Of a DNA stretch of 64,000 nucleotides, positions 26,644 through 39,139 are shown one piece after another (the first letter of the stretch is position 1; every line of letters begins with the position of its first letter). Below the pieces are notes generated by a model, which saw nothing but the letters and a program-made list of their open reading frames with translations, searched no databases and was not told the origin of the DNA. This DNA is from Eledone cirrhosa (Eukaryota), in the NCBI GenBank assembly GCA_964016885.1, contig OZ024746.1, positions 94,054,001 to 94,118,000 on the forward strand, read 5' to 3'. Both the position numbers and the translations under genes were made by a program.

Positions 26644-26944
26644 CAGAAGGCTAAGTAAACTGAATCGCATGGACTACGCAGAGGCAAGGGGTTTCGCAGG
26701 GACTAGAGGTTCGGAGGGACTAGAGGGTGCGTCATTTCTTCTTTGCTGAGGTACTGTTACCTTCATCCGAGCTCTCCAATGAGTAAAGAGAAAGCCTAGG
26801 GGCCAGGACATTGGCTAATACGACCCAGCATAATTAGCTTGTTATATTTTCCATTGTAGTTTTTGTTTAGCTCCAGTCTCTTCTAATAGAAAAGGCCTAC
26901 AAGAAACGACATTCCATTCGAGACAATACCGTCTTTTTAAACAT

Positions 26945-27415
26945 TCTTCTTGTGGCGCTAAACTCTGCCAGATGCAGACTGCGCATCAACATGTGATACC
27001 TCTCTCCACAAAGTTCGATCACCAACAGCAGAGTTCAAAGAGAAAAGATCAAGTCCAGTCCATTAGTTAACATTGTCGAGCCATCGATTTGAATGCCAGC
27101 TTCTGCTTCTCTTACCAACCAACCTTCCTTCCAGACATAACCTACTCACACCTCGAGTTGATCTTTTTATTTGGCCGTATAGTTTGAGTTGACAATTGAT
27201 GTAATTGGTCTAAGTTTGGTAATGTTGAGCAGCTCACTGGCAAGCGGCTCAGCGACCGTATCTGTCGTCGCTGAGCCGCCTGCCAGTCATAAGTCTCATG
27301 AGGGGGTTATGGAATGTAGAGAGCTTCTGAAGTGACCTTGTCATCCAATTAACACAGTCAAGACCATATAACACAACTGGTAGGATGTACGTATAAAAGA
27401 TCTTAGCCTTTAAAT
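26945..27415 (-). mobile_element. RTE LINE 3' fragment
   Basis: Homologous throughout to 39725-40190. Confidence 0.85.
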
Positions 27416-27607
27416 ATAATTTATCTGAAAATACATTTTAGAACCCTGGAGACGGATGGGCTCGGCCAGGTTTAAAATGTGCAAGATACGCTGTATGTCA
27501 ATACGGCACCGCCACGACTCTATCAAGAGTTACGGGACCATACATACATTGTAGAATACATACATACATTTTAGCAGCGATAACAACAACAACAACAACA
27601 ACAACAA

Positions 27608-28055
27608 TAATTGTTTCTACTTTTGGCACAAGACCAGCTATTACCTCAGTGTATTACTGGTACTTTATTTTATCGGCTCCGTAAGGATGAAAGGCAAAGT
27701 TAACCTCGACGGGTTTTGATCTCAGAATGGCAATCCACCTAATAATATGAGCAACAATAAAAGATACGAAACCAACAACAACAACAGCAACAACAACAAC
27801 AACAACAACAATACCAATATTCGTTTCTTATATAGGCACAAGGCCAGCAATTTTTTTTGCAGGTGGGTGGGTGGGTGGGTGGGAGGGGGGGGGGAGTCGA
27901 TTAAATCGACCCCAGTGCGTGACTGGTACTTCATTTTATCGACCCCGTAAAGATGAAAGGCAAAGTTAACCTCGGTAGGATTTGAACTCAGATCAAAAAG
28001 GGCCGTAACTCTATGCTGCAAAGCATGGCGTCCGACCCTCTACCGATACTGCCAA
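27608..28055 (-). mobile_element. Two SINE-A copies separated by (CAA)n
   Basis: Core motif at about 27660-27720 and 27925-27990. Confidence 0.88.
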
Positions 28056-28595
28056 TGTACACCCAATAATAAAACGCAACAACATCAGCAACAAGAGCAA
28101 CTACAGCAACAGCAACAACAACAAAGGCAGCAACAACAACAACAACATCAACACAACAAAGGCAGCAGCAACAACAACTGTTGCGAATATGTTGAAAACA
28201 ACAAGAACAACGGATAAAAAATAGCATCATCATCAACAACAACACCAACACGATGATATTGTCCGTGTCAGAATTGTATGTCAGAGCGCACGTGCTGGTC
28301 AGACGCCATATCTTCGACCTGAGTAAATTGCCACTTTTTTGTTTGTTGGTTACTTTCTTCCTTCCTTCCTTTCTTTCTTTGTTTCTCTCTTTCTTTCTTT
28401 CTTCCCTCACAATCGCTACACTAACAATGACCGGAAATATCTATTTTAATTGAATTAAACAAATAACCCACCCGACAACTAAACTACTAAACAAAACCAA
28501 CAGCAGAGCACAAACGAACTTCTATATATATATACATATATAAATATATATATATGTATACATATTTACATATATATATATATAGATATATACAT

Positions 28596-28702
<107 letters not shown>

Positions 28703-28850
28703 CACTCACACACAGTTCAGACAAGCAATTGAATTGTTGATAAAACGTTCATCGCTAAACAAAACATGGTCATTTCTTTTCACGAGAGCAATCCAGTATA
28801 TCGTGGGTGGTTTTATTTAGTCAGCCGGAAGAGAGATAAGATGCTCTGGA

Positions 28851-28930
<80 letters not shown>

Positions 28931-28932
<2 letters not shown>

Positions 28933-29129
28933 CAAAGGAATTATGGTAAGGAAGCAGATGGACCATAACGCACCAGAGTACTCAATACTTAGGGTAGTAG
29001 AGTGGAAATAGGAAAAACTATGACCCCGACGGCAGAGCTCAAGCCGTTTCGACGGCTATTTCTGGAGTCCACAAATAGCCGTCGAAACGTCTTGAGCTCT
29101 GCAGTCGGGGTCATACTTTTTCCTATATT

Positions 29130-29130
<1 letters not shown>
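28931..29130 (-). mobile_element. Penelope-like remnant with fold-back (about 55-bp arms)
   Basis: Inverted repeat 29007-29061/29073-29127, flanked by (TA)n; the arm carries the hammerhead 3' half GAAA-CG-TC. Confidence 0.55.
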
Positions 29131-29160
<30 letters not shown>

Positions 29161-29295
29161 GTATGTATATATATGTATATATATGTATATATGTATATAT
29201 ATCTATATACGTATGTATATATATATATGTATGTATGTATATATATATGCATGTATGTATATATATATGTATATATATATGTATATATATATGTA

Positions 29296-29327
<32 letters not shown>

Positions 29328-29344
29328 AATATATATATATAATA

Positions 29345-29448
<104 letters not shown>

Positions 29449-29620
29449 ATATATATATATGTATATATGTATATATATGTATGTATGTATGTATGTATAT
29501 ATATATGTGTTTTTGTGTGTGTTATCTTGCTTTCATTTTTTTTCTTTTAATTATTTGAAACCTTCATATAAAGAAGAGGCTGGTTTTTGTCAAAAAATCA
29601 TATATATATATATATATATA

Positions 29621-30322
29621 TATGAAAGACGTAAAATAAGAAAATTATAAAAATTAACTTATTTACTAAAATTTCACTCCAACTAATTAGTTTCTGAAAC
29701 GGAATAAACATGGTTTCCGAATGGAACAATATGGAGAATGCCTTTCGTCATCAGGAAGTCAATTCTCAGCTAAGTTCCCAGGCGATGCGTGGACACAGGG
29801 AACTTATACAAAAATAATTCAGTGGATGGAAAAAAGCAAGCGAGGACTAAATTGCAAGACATTGAAAAAATCACTGCCTACTTGGTCGGTGGCAAATTCA
29901 AAAGAATCAATCACGTGACATCGAGGATAAACAGTGAGGAGTGGGGTGTTAAGAAGACAGTAGCCGAACTATTACTATGAACTATAGTAGCAGTTTTGGC
30001 AAATTTTTGCTCAACAAAATAATTTGGAGTTAATTATAAAGAATTAGTATATCTACCAACATATATATACAGATGCATACCTATGCTAGCAAATATATAG
30101 GTTTTGTCTTAGTAACTTTGTGGTTCAATGCAAGGGGATGCAGAACAATTATATGAAAGACTTAAAATAAGAAAATTATAATTTTCTTATTTTACGTCTT
30201 TCATATAATTGTTCTGCATCCCCTTGCATTGAACCACAAAGTTACTAAGACAAAACCTATATATTTGCTAGCATAGGTATGCATCTGTATATATATGTTG
30301 GTAGATATACTAATTCTTTATA
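29621..30322 (-). mobile_element. Penelope-like non-autonomous element: unit of about 531 bp, short terminal direct repeat and 144-bp inverted 5' segment
   Basis: Palindrome 30035-30322; 29621-29649 repeats 30152-30180; hammerhead on the minus strand. Confidence 0.72.
29676..29759 (-). ncRNA. Type-I hammerhead ribozyme motif with long stem II insert
   Basis: ACTTC CTGATGA [CGAAAGG...CCGTTTCA] GAAA CTAATTAG TT GGAGT; stem I pairs and helix III is palindromic. Confidence 0.62.
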
Positions 30323-30325
30323 TAT

Positions 30326-30711
30326 CCGGGAGAGATGACCCCTTAGCCTTTGTCAAGGCAGAATTCTAGGAGAAGGAAAACTCTGATATAACACCTGCAA
30401 CCCTGATGGTATCCAATGATGTTAACTTCTTTTTGGTAAATATCATCTTGGTTAAGAGAGTGGGACTGGCTTTGTGCAGTGCCTTTGCTCACTATAAAAG
30501 CTTCACGGCACAGGCATTGATTTATATCTGCAGATCTCTCTGCACTTGTCACATGGTACCATGGGTCCAGCACTATGTGTCAATAATTGTCACAAGTGTA
30601 GTGTTTGTACCAGAGTAGTTTTCAAGTCGCTGGCTGGACTAAAAAGTCACACTCGTTCAGCGCATCGATATAAAGTAGTGGCCGTACTCGAAAACGAGTT
30701 GTTGGCAGCCA

Positions 30712-30714
<3 letters not shown>
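30326..30714 (+). mobile_element. Bipartite RTE derivative (5'UTR motif fused to ORF C-terminus)
   Basis: CTAGGAGAAGGAAAACTCTGA, then about 230 bp later [23 protein letters not shown] (RTE-type terminal C2H2 finger) and tail GGCCGTACTCGAAAACGAG...CCACCA followed by (TA)n. Confidence 0.72.
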
Positions 30715-30775
<61 letters not shown>

Positions 30776-30798
30776 GTCCTGCAACGACAAGGTTCGTA

Positions 30799-30893
<95 letters not shown>

Positions 30894-31153
30894 GTATGTG
30901 TATATATATATATATATATATAAGCACACGATTTAATGTAAAAACATTTGCTTGGCTAATAACTAATAGGTATGAATAGTAGACTTTTTTCCTTTGAAAA
31001 GCTGCTGCCAGCCTTCAATTCGTACACAATAAAGCGATTGTGTGAACAATAAAGAGCAGTCCAGTGTAGTGCTTGCATCTTTTGTAGTCCCCCCGTCAGG
31101 TTACGAAACCACTGGTAATCGATAATATATCATGACGTGTACATCACGTAATC

Positions 31154-31243
<90 letters not shown>

Positions 31244-31396
31244 GACCAGCTAAAATAACAACAGGCGACCACGATCGCCTTTGAGTCAAAAACAAAAACA
31301 CACATTTTTTGTTTGTTCTTTTCTTTGCTCTTTTCCTTAAAGCCTCTGGGAATGCGTTTACCATCATTCCGTTGATATACAACTATTATGTAATAT

Positions 31397-31454
31397 ACAC
31401 CTGATGATGCCACCTGGTTCATACGCAACCTGGCCACTGAAATGTGCATAGTGT
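31397..31454 (+). ncRNA. Type-I hammerhead motif in a 270-bp insert (31240-31512) within (TA)n
   Basis: ACAC CTGATGA TGCCA..GGTT..AACC TGGC CACT GAAA TGTGCA TA GTGT, followed by AATAAA. Confidence 0.6.
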
Positions 31455-31509
31455 TTACAGAAATAAATAATTAAATTCAACCTGTCCGGTCTCATGTCAT
31501 TTTACTTAG

Positions 31510-31606
<97 letters not shown>

Positions 31607-31718
31607 CTCCAAAATGGCTGACTGAATACCTACGTGTGTTTTTTCTCCCTTATTTTCTCTCATTTTCGTCCCCTTTCTCATTCTTTCTCTTTCTATTTAT
31701 CTTCTATTTCTTACTCGA

Positions 31719-31754
31719 TCTTCTGAAGAAGCACTAGTGTCCGAAACGTTAAGA
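31719..31754 (+). ncRNA. Minimal hammerhead motif in a Penelope-like terminal repeat (31600-31842)
   Basis: TCTT CTGAAGA AGCACTAGTGTCC GAAA CG TT AAGA. Related decayed copies at 35785-35820 (-), 35975-36080 (+) and 4705-4740 (-). Confidence 0.6.
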
Positions 31755-31842
31755 CACTTTTCCTGCTATTTCAAGTGTTAAACTAATATATTTCTTCAAT
31801 GTACTGTGTCGTTTGCTTTGTTATTTCTGTTTACCTTTTACA

Positions 31843-32055
31843 TGATGGCTACAAACACTGCTAAGAGTTTAGCAATCGCTTGTCAGATTATAGAGTCTGG
31901 TGCACTTTTAGGCTACGGCCAGCCACACAAACCTGTAATAGATCCTGAACAAGCAATGCATGTGCTTTGAAGGTTTTTTTAAGTGGGTAAAGACCTTACA
32001 CGCGACTAATCCCACGGTATGAGCATCGGAAACACTACCCGAAAAGGACGCCGTG
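31843..32055 (-). mobile_element. 3' part of bipartite family R-B
   Basis: Reverse complement aligns with 6505-6716 (CATTGCTTGTTCAGGATCT...GCCGTAGCCTAAAAGTGCACCA). Confidence 0.8.
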
Positions 32056-32481
32056 GTCACACATGAAACCGTGCTTGACCAAAGGTTTGGTTTACAAAAA
32101 AAATGGAAGGGAAATGGAAGGAATGAGTTCTTGATGGAGTCATTGGAGTGTTGTCTATTGGGACATGTCTTGAGCATTTTATACAGCACCAACAACAACA
32201 GCAGCAACTACAACAATAGCCAGAAGAACCAACAACAACAGCAACAACAGCACCAACAACAACAGCAACACCACCAACAACAACAACAACAATAGCCAGA
32301 AGAACCAACAACAACAGCAACAACAGCACCAACAACAACAACAACAACACCATCACCAACAACAACAACAATAGCCAGAAGAACAATGACAGCAACATCT
32401 TCACTTTTCTCATCATTATCCGGTCAATAAATATGACCAACTACGATCATCATCATCATCACCTGCTTTTTCTTCTTCTTC

Positions 32482-32513
<32 letters not shown>

Positions 32514-32832
32514 CTTCTTCTTCTTCTTCTTCTCATCATCACCATCATCACCATCACCATCATCATCATCATCATCATCATCACCCCCACCCCTCCCCAT
32601 CACCTCCACCACCACCACCACCCCACTCCTGACAGTCGGTTTAGTTAGAGGTCAGTGGATGGCTTGTAAAAAAAAACAACAGCAACAAAAATAACAACAA
32701 AAACGTCCGGTGGGCGGAGACAAGGTGAAAAGGACAAACAGATGGTCAGTGGTCAGTTACCACTGTCCTCTGAGTTGACCCCCCCACCTCCCTACAGCCG
32801 CAGACACACCACCGTCTTTTAAACCCCTAGTA

Positions 32833-33670
32833 ATAATTGTTTCTGATTTAAGCACAAGGCCAGCAATTTGAGGGAAGAGGAAAGTCAACTAACACGACCC
32901 AAGTGTATTACTGGTACTTTATTTCATCGACCCCGTAAGGATAAAAGGCAAAGTTAACCTCGGCGGGATTTGAACTCAGAACATAAAGGGCCGCAACTCT
33001 GTGCTGCAAAGTAAGGCGTCCAACCCTCTACCGATACTGCCAATCCAACTAATAATTGTTTCTACTTTTGGCACAAGGCCAGCAGTTACTCCAGTACATT
33101 ACTGGTACTTTATTTTATCGACCCCATGTTGATGAAAGGCAAAGTTAAACTCGGCGGGATTTGAACTGAGAACGTAAAGGGCTGCAACTCTATACTGTAA
33201 AGCATGGTGTCCGACTCTCTACCGTTACTGCCAATCCAACACCTATTTCACCATATCCGAATCAAATATTTTTTCTATTTTGTCTCTATTTGCCCTATTT
33301 CCTGTGTTGATTAACTAATTATGCAATCCGCAACTGATGATATCGCCAGGATCTTACGTAACCAGGCCATTGAAATATATATATAGTGCTGCATCGGCGG
33401 GATTGAAGCTCAGAACGTAAAGGGCCGCAACTCTATGCTGAAAGCATGGCGTCCGGTCCTCTACCGATACTGCTAATCCAACTAATAATTGTTTCTACTT
33501 TAGGCACAAGGCCAGCAATTACCCAGTGCATTACTGGTACTTTATTTTATAGACCCCGTAAGGATGTAAGGCAAAGTCAACCTCAGCGGGATTTGAACTC
33601 AGATCGTAAAGGGACGTAACAATGCTGGAAAGCATGGCGTCCAACTCTCTACTGATACTGCCAATCCAAT
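32833..33670 (-). mobile_element. Head-to-tail cluster of four SINE-A copies
   Basis: Repeated junction CCAATCCAACTAATAATTGTTTCTACT. Confidence 0.9.
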
Positions 33671-34075
33671 GGCCGCTAATCCAACTAATAATACGAGCAA
33701 GCAATGCTCACATATTACACAGGATATTGTCAATGTATTAGAAAACAGAGAAGGGGAAAAGAAGCAAAGTACGTATCGAAAGCGTAAAAGAAATTGATTT
33801 GTGGTATTTGGTTCCAGATCTCGACATTCTTAGTTCAAAATCCTGACGAGGTGAAGTTTGTCTTTCATTCTACCGCAGGTCAATACAATAAATTACTAAT
33901 TAGTACTGGGGTGTATTTAATGAGCCGTGATGGATGTATTCCACTCTAACTACTATAAGCAAGAGTCTACTATTGAACATTCTAGAGGTTCTAACTATTG
34001 CTTGCACTTTAAAGACAGCTTTAAGATGTGAACCGCAATGGCGACCGAATTTAAAGTAGCAAGCCTCAGGTAACA

Positions 34076-34308
34076 GAACAAACCAAACTACACAACGTTG
34101 TGTAGCCCAAGAACAAACCAAGCTACACAACATTGCACTAGTTTGTGTAGCCCAATGGCGGCAGTATTCCTGTGTAGAGTAACAAGCCACAGGTAAGAAG
34201 AACAAACCAAGCTACACAACATTGCACTACTTTGTGTAGCCCAATAGCGGCAGTATTCCTGTGTAGAGTAACAAGCCACAGGTGAGAAGAACAAACCAAG
34301 CTACACAG
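34076..34308. repeat. 89-bp tandem duplication (about 2.2 units plus a short unit)
   Basis: GAACAAACCAAGCTACACA at 34111, 34200 and 34289. Confidence 0.88.
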
Positions 34309-34725
34309 TGGATTGGCAGTATCGGTAGAGGGTCGGACGCCATGCTTTCCAGCATAGCTACGTCCCTTTACGATCTGAGTTCAAATCCCGCCGAGGTTGA
34401 CTTTGCCTTTCATCCTTACGGGGTCGATAAAATAAAGTACCAGTAATGCACTGGGTAATTACTGGCCTTGTGCCTAAAGTAGAAACAATTATATTACGCT
34501 GTCTAACGAAAGTAGACAATAAATATATGGCTATTGAAATATAAAAATAATAATTGTTTCTACTTTTGGCACAAGGCCAGCAATTACCCCAGTGCATTAC
34601 TGGTACTTTATTTTATCGACCCCCGTAAGGATGAAAGGCAAAGTTGACCTCGGCGGGATTTGAACTCAGACTGTAAAGGGACGTAACTATGCTAGAAAGC
34701 ATGGCGTCCAACCCTCTACCGATAT
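34308..34725. mobile_element. Tail-to-tail inverted SINE-A pair
   Basis: Plus copy 34308-34492 and minus copy 34550-34725. Confidence 0.9.
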
Positions 34726-35074
34726 GAAGGTAGTGAGTTGTTGAATAGAAGAAATAACTCACATTTCAGGTGATGTCTAAATTTCCCGATGAAGTTTCCT
34801 GTATAAGTGTAGTTAGACGTGTATGTCTCTGTGTGGTCTCCCATACCCGGCTCCTACCCATCCAACAGTACAGCAATACTAGGAATTGTTAGTAATAACA
34901 TTCGAAAGTACTCTAAGTGCTCCTCACTAAAGACACAGGTGGAGAGTTGTTGATCTTTGTACTACGCATATATATATACATACACACACATATATATGTA
35001 CATATGTCTATATATATACATACATACACACACACACATATATATATATATACATATGTCTATATATATACATA

Positions 35075-35120
<46 letters not shown>

Positions 35121-35190
35121 ATATTAACAAATGGAAAACAGTTATAAAAATATTTTGCTTGTTGTATCCCAACAAATTAAATATAACCTC

Positions 35191-35254
<64 letters not shown>

Positions 35255-35324
35255 CATATATATATATACATATGTCTATATATATACATATATATATATA
35301 TACATATATATATATACATATGTC

Positions 35325-35406
<82 letters not shown>

Positions 35407-35461
35407 CATATGTCTCTATATACACATACACACACACATATATATACATATGTCTATATAT

Positions 35462-35520
<59 letters not shown>

Positions 35521-36077
35521 TATATGCATATATATATATATAATTCATTTATAAATATATTCATATATATGTAGAGATTTGTGTGTGTATGTATATATAT
35601 ATATATATAGATATAACCTACTGCGAATGTTTATATATATATGCACGCGCGCGTGCGTGCGTGTGTGTGTGTTTGTGTGTATGTGCGTTTGTGTGTATAT
35701 ATAATTCATTATAAAAACAAACGAACACAAAGAAAAGTTACACGGTCCTAGTTTGATGCTTGTGAGATAAAGAAAAGAAAAGTGTCTCAATGTATCGGAC
35801 CTTAGTCTTTCTTCAGGAAAGAGTAAAATTAAGAGAAAGAAGATTTTGGATGGAAGAAGAAACAAAAAGATTTAACAGGATGGGTGAGGTGGGTAAGCAA
35901 GCGTGACTGTGAGTTATCCGGATGGAGAGGGTAGTGTGAGAAGGTTGAGGAGTAGCACTCGAGTCTATCATTGACTAGCGACCGAAAAGTTAAGACCCTC
36001 TTTCTGCTATTTCAAGCGTTAAACTAATATATTCCTTCCATATACTGTACCGATTGTGTTGTTCTTTCTGTTTACCT

Positions 36078-36174
<97 letters not shown>

Positions 36175-36330
36175 ATCAGCTCGTAATGGACATTACGAGG
36201 TGAGGTTCCGCTAAGGTGAAACAATTGTTGTCAGTATGGTGAACTAACTGTTATGTAACCATTTCTACCTAACTCGTCCCATGGACTGAGTGCTCTACCA
36301 CTACGGATATTACCTTCCAGTGTTCTACCA

Positions 36331-36415
<85 letters not shown>

Positions 36416-36465
36416 AGTATGTATGTATACGTACATACATATATGTATACAGACGTACAGTAGCA

Positions 36466-36561
<96 letters not shown>

Positions 36562-36652
36562 CAGGTACACATACATATATGCACGCATCAGTTTAGCGGA
36601 CGCTAAGGAAAGTATATACTTTCGAACGTTCAACTATCTGGCAGATGGGTAT

Positions 36653-36695
36653 ACGGTGCTGATGATAGCTAACAAGCTTGAAACTAGTACATCGT
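36653..36695 (+). ncRNA. Minimal type-I hammerhead ribozyme, copy 1
   Basis: ACGGTG CTGATGA T-AGCT-AACA-AGCT-T GAAA CTAG TA CATCGT: 6-bp stem I, intact core, GUA cleavage site. Confidence 0.82.
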
Positions 36696-37109
36696 TCCTG
36701 TGTCAGTGTTGAACAAAAAGGTGACGTGGTTGCCTGAACACCGTATGGCATAAATTCAGGCTGTTCAGTTTGTTTACAAACGAACAAAGCGGCGTTATAA
36801 TAAGCGTCCGCTAAACTGATGCGTGCATATATGTATGTGTACCTGTATATATATATATATATATATATGTGCATGCTACTGTACGTCTGTATACATATAT
36901 GTATGTACGTATACATACATACTTACATTTAAGTAAGTGCCATACTAAGAGTGAGAAATGAAATTTCGTTTTCATTTTTTTTCAACTTATCGTTTTCGGT
37001 ATGCCTGACCGATTTAACTCACTCAATATGCAAATTAGGCTGCTCAGCCGTTAATTTTCATAAGGAAAGTATATACTTTCGAACGTTCAACTATCTGGCA
37101 GATGGGTAT

Positions 37110-37152
37110 ACGGTGCTGATGATAGCTAACAAGCTTGAAACTAGTACATCGT
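37110..37152 (+). ncRNA. Minimal type-I hammerhead ribozyme, copy 2
   Basis: Identical to copy 1, 457 nt downstream. Confidence 0.82.
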
Positions 37153-37474
37153 TCCTGTGTCAGTGTTGAACAAAAAGGTGACGTGGTTTCCTTAACACCG
37201 TATGGCATAAATTCAGGCTGTTCAGTTTGTTTACAAACGAACAAAGCGGCGTTATAATAAGCGTCCGCTAAACTGATGCGTGCATATATGTATGTGTACC
37301 TGTATGTATATATATATATACATATGTGCATGCTACTGTACGTCTGTATACATATATGTATATACGTATACATACATACTTACATTTAAGTAAGTGCCAT
37401 ACTAAGAGTGAGAAATGAAATTTCGTTTTCATTTTTTTTCAACTTATATATATATATATATGTGTGTGTGTGTC

Positions 37475-37510
<36 letters not shown>

Positions 37511-37889
37511 TGCGTGTGTATATATATATATATATAAGTTCAGACAAGTCGAGAAAACAACTGTAGATTTAGCAAAGTAAGGTTCAAACTCAATGCGAGT
37601 TGATTATTAGTTGCTGTGAAGTATATAGAGCATCTGGAGTTGATCCAATGTTTGCGGTCCACTCACTGAATGGTTATATTATTCACCAGGCTTATATATA
37701 TATCATCAATATTATTTGATTCACACATTCACATATCTTTGAATCGGCTCCTGTAAGTTTGTTGTTTATCACCTGTTTGTAAATGTAGATAGGGCACCAT
37801 ACATTGCTCTCAGAAAAGGCGCCACCATAGTTTTGGGATCTTGGACTTAAATATTACAACTCTATTTGCAAAATACATCCACAAAATAA

Positions 37890-38551
37890 ATAAGAAATGG
37901 AGGCGACACATCCCTCTACAATGGCAAAAGTGTGTATAAGGGGAAGTCTTGGGACTGGCTAAGTGAATCTAACCTAAAAACAACCGAAGCAGCAATTTTC
38001 TCCGCTCAAGAGCAAGTAGTCAGAGCCAACTTGATAAAAAACAAAATAGATAAAACTGTAGATTCATTATGTTGACTATATGGTGAAAAAACAGAGAGTG
38101 AGTCACATCATTAGTAACTGTCCCTAAGAGAATACAAGAGAAAACACGATACAGTTGCAAATATTATTCATTAGAAGCGCTGTGGGAAATATCATCTAGA
38201 AGGAAATAAACTGTGGTATAACATCAACCGGAGGGAGTTGTTGAACATGATCATGTAAAGGTTTTATGGATTATGACTATATAGTGTGATAACATAACAC
38301 AGCAAGGAGTCCTGACATTGTTGTAATTGAAAAAAAAAGAGGATATGTTGAATTATTGATGTTTCTTGGAGATGAGAGGATCCACTCAGAAAGAAATTAA
38401 GAAAGTTGATAAACACCAAGATCGTCGAATTGAAGGCCAAAGAATATGGAATATGAAAAAGATTGAGGTCATACCAATAGTGACAGTTGCTCTTGGCCGT
38501 GGAACCAAGAACTTAGAAAAACGGATTGAAAATCTTGGGATCCAGGCATAA
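37890..38551 (+). mobile_element. Decayed R4/Dong-clade retrotransposon C-terminus (zinc knuckle plus restriction-like endonuclease)
   Basis: Across frameshifts: SWDWL..SNLK.TEAAIFSAQEQ, SHIISNCP, YKRKHDTVA, PDIVVIEK, KKVDKHQD..IE.QRIWNMKKIEVIPIVTVALG. Confidence 0.85.
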
Positions 38552-38554
38552 TAT

Positions 38555-38730
38555 AATTGTATCTACTTTTGGAACAAGGCCAGCAACTATCTCAGTACAT
38601 TACTGGTACTTTATTTTATCGACCCCGTAAGGATGAAAGGCAAAGTTAACCTCGGCGGGATTTGAACTCAGAATGGCAAGGGCCGTAACTCTATGAGTCA
38701 AAGCATGGTGTCCGACCCTCTATCGATATA
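38555..38730 (-). mobile_element. SINE-A
   Basis: Core and B-box on the minus strand. Confidence 0.9.
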
Positions 38731-39139
38731 ATAATAATTAGTCTTGTTTTCATTGCATGCTGTCACTATACTACCGAGCAGTACTCTTTGTGCTTCGGGT
38801 ATATGTAGCCTTGATTTTGATGTTGTTATTTCCAATGTGTTAAAAGTATTTGTAATAAGTACGCAATGCCTGATAGTGTTATACCATATATGTTGTATAT
38901 ATATATGTAATATGTATCTAATGCCTAGTATGTCGTATATATTTGTAAGTCATGTATTTTGTTAAGTACCTCTCAGTGTATTTGTAGAATTCTCGGAGGG
39001 CTTATTATTGTAGGGATTACTTCTGTTTTCATTACACACGTTCGGGTTATTTCTATTGCCTTACAAAAAGTACCAGTAAAGTGATGGGGTCGATTTCATC
39101 GACTTTCTCTAAAATTGCTGGTATTTAACTTATATTCTA

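Larger units (their letters stand above)
36411..37448 (+). mobile_element. Retrozyme / non-autonomous Penelope-like element: 457-bp unit (1.85 copies) with an inverted 5' segment
   Basis: Direct repeats 36604-36990 and 37061-37447; 36411-36604 is the reverse complement of 36803-36928; one hammerhead per repeat; sits in (TA)n. Confidence 0.8.

Noticed and set aside
26700-26727. GGACTAGAGGTT resembling the flavivirus 3'UTR CS2 motif
   Set aside because: Only 12 nt match, with no dumbbell context or viral ORF; chance is likely.
30546-30773. C2H2 finger as an exon of a host zinc-finger gene
   Set aside because: Single finger without a TGEKP linker, lying inside an RTE-derived element next to its tail.
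37028-37035. Octamer ATGCAAAT in the retrozyme spacer
   Set aside because: A single 8-mer in AT-rich DNA is expected by chance, and no accompanying PSE was recognised.
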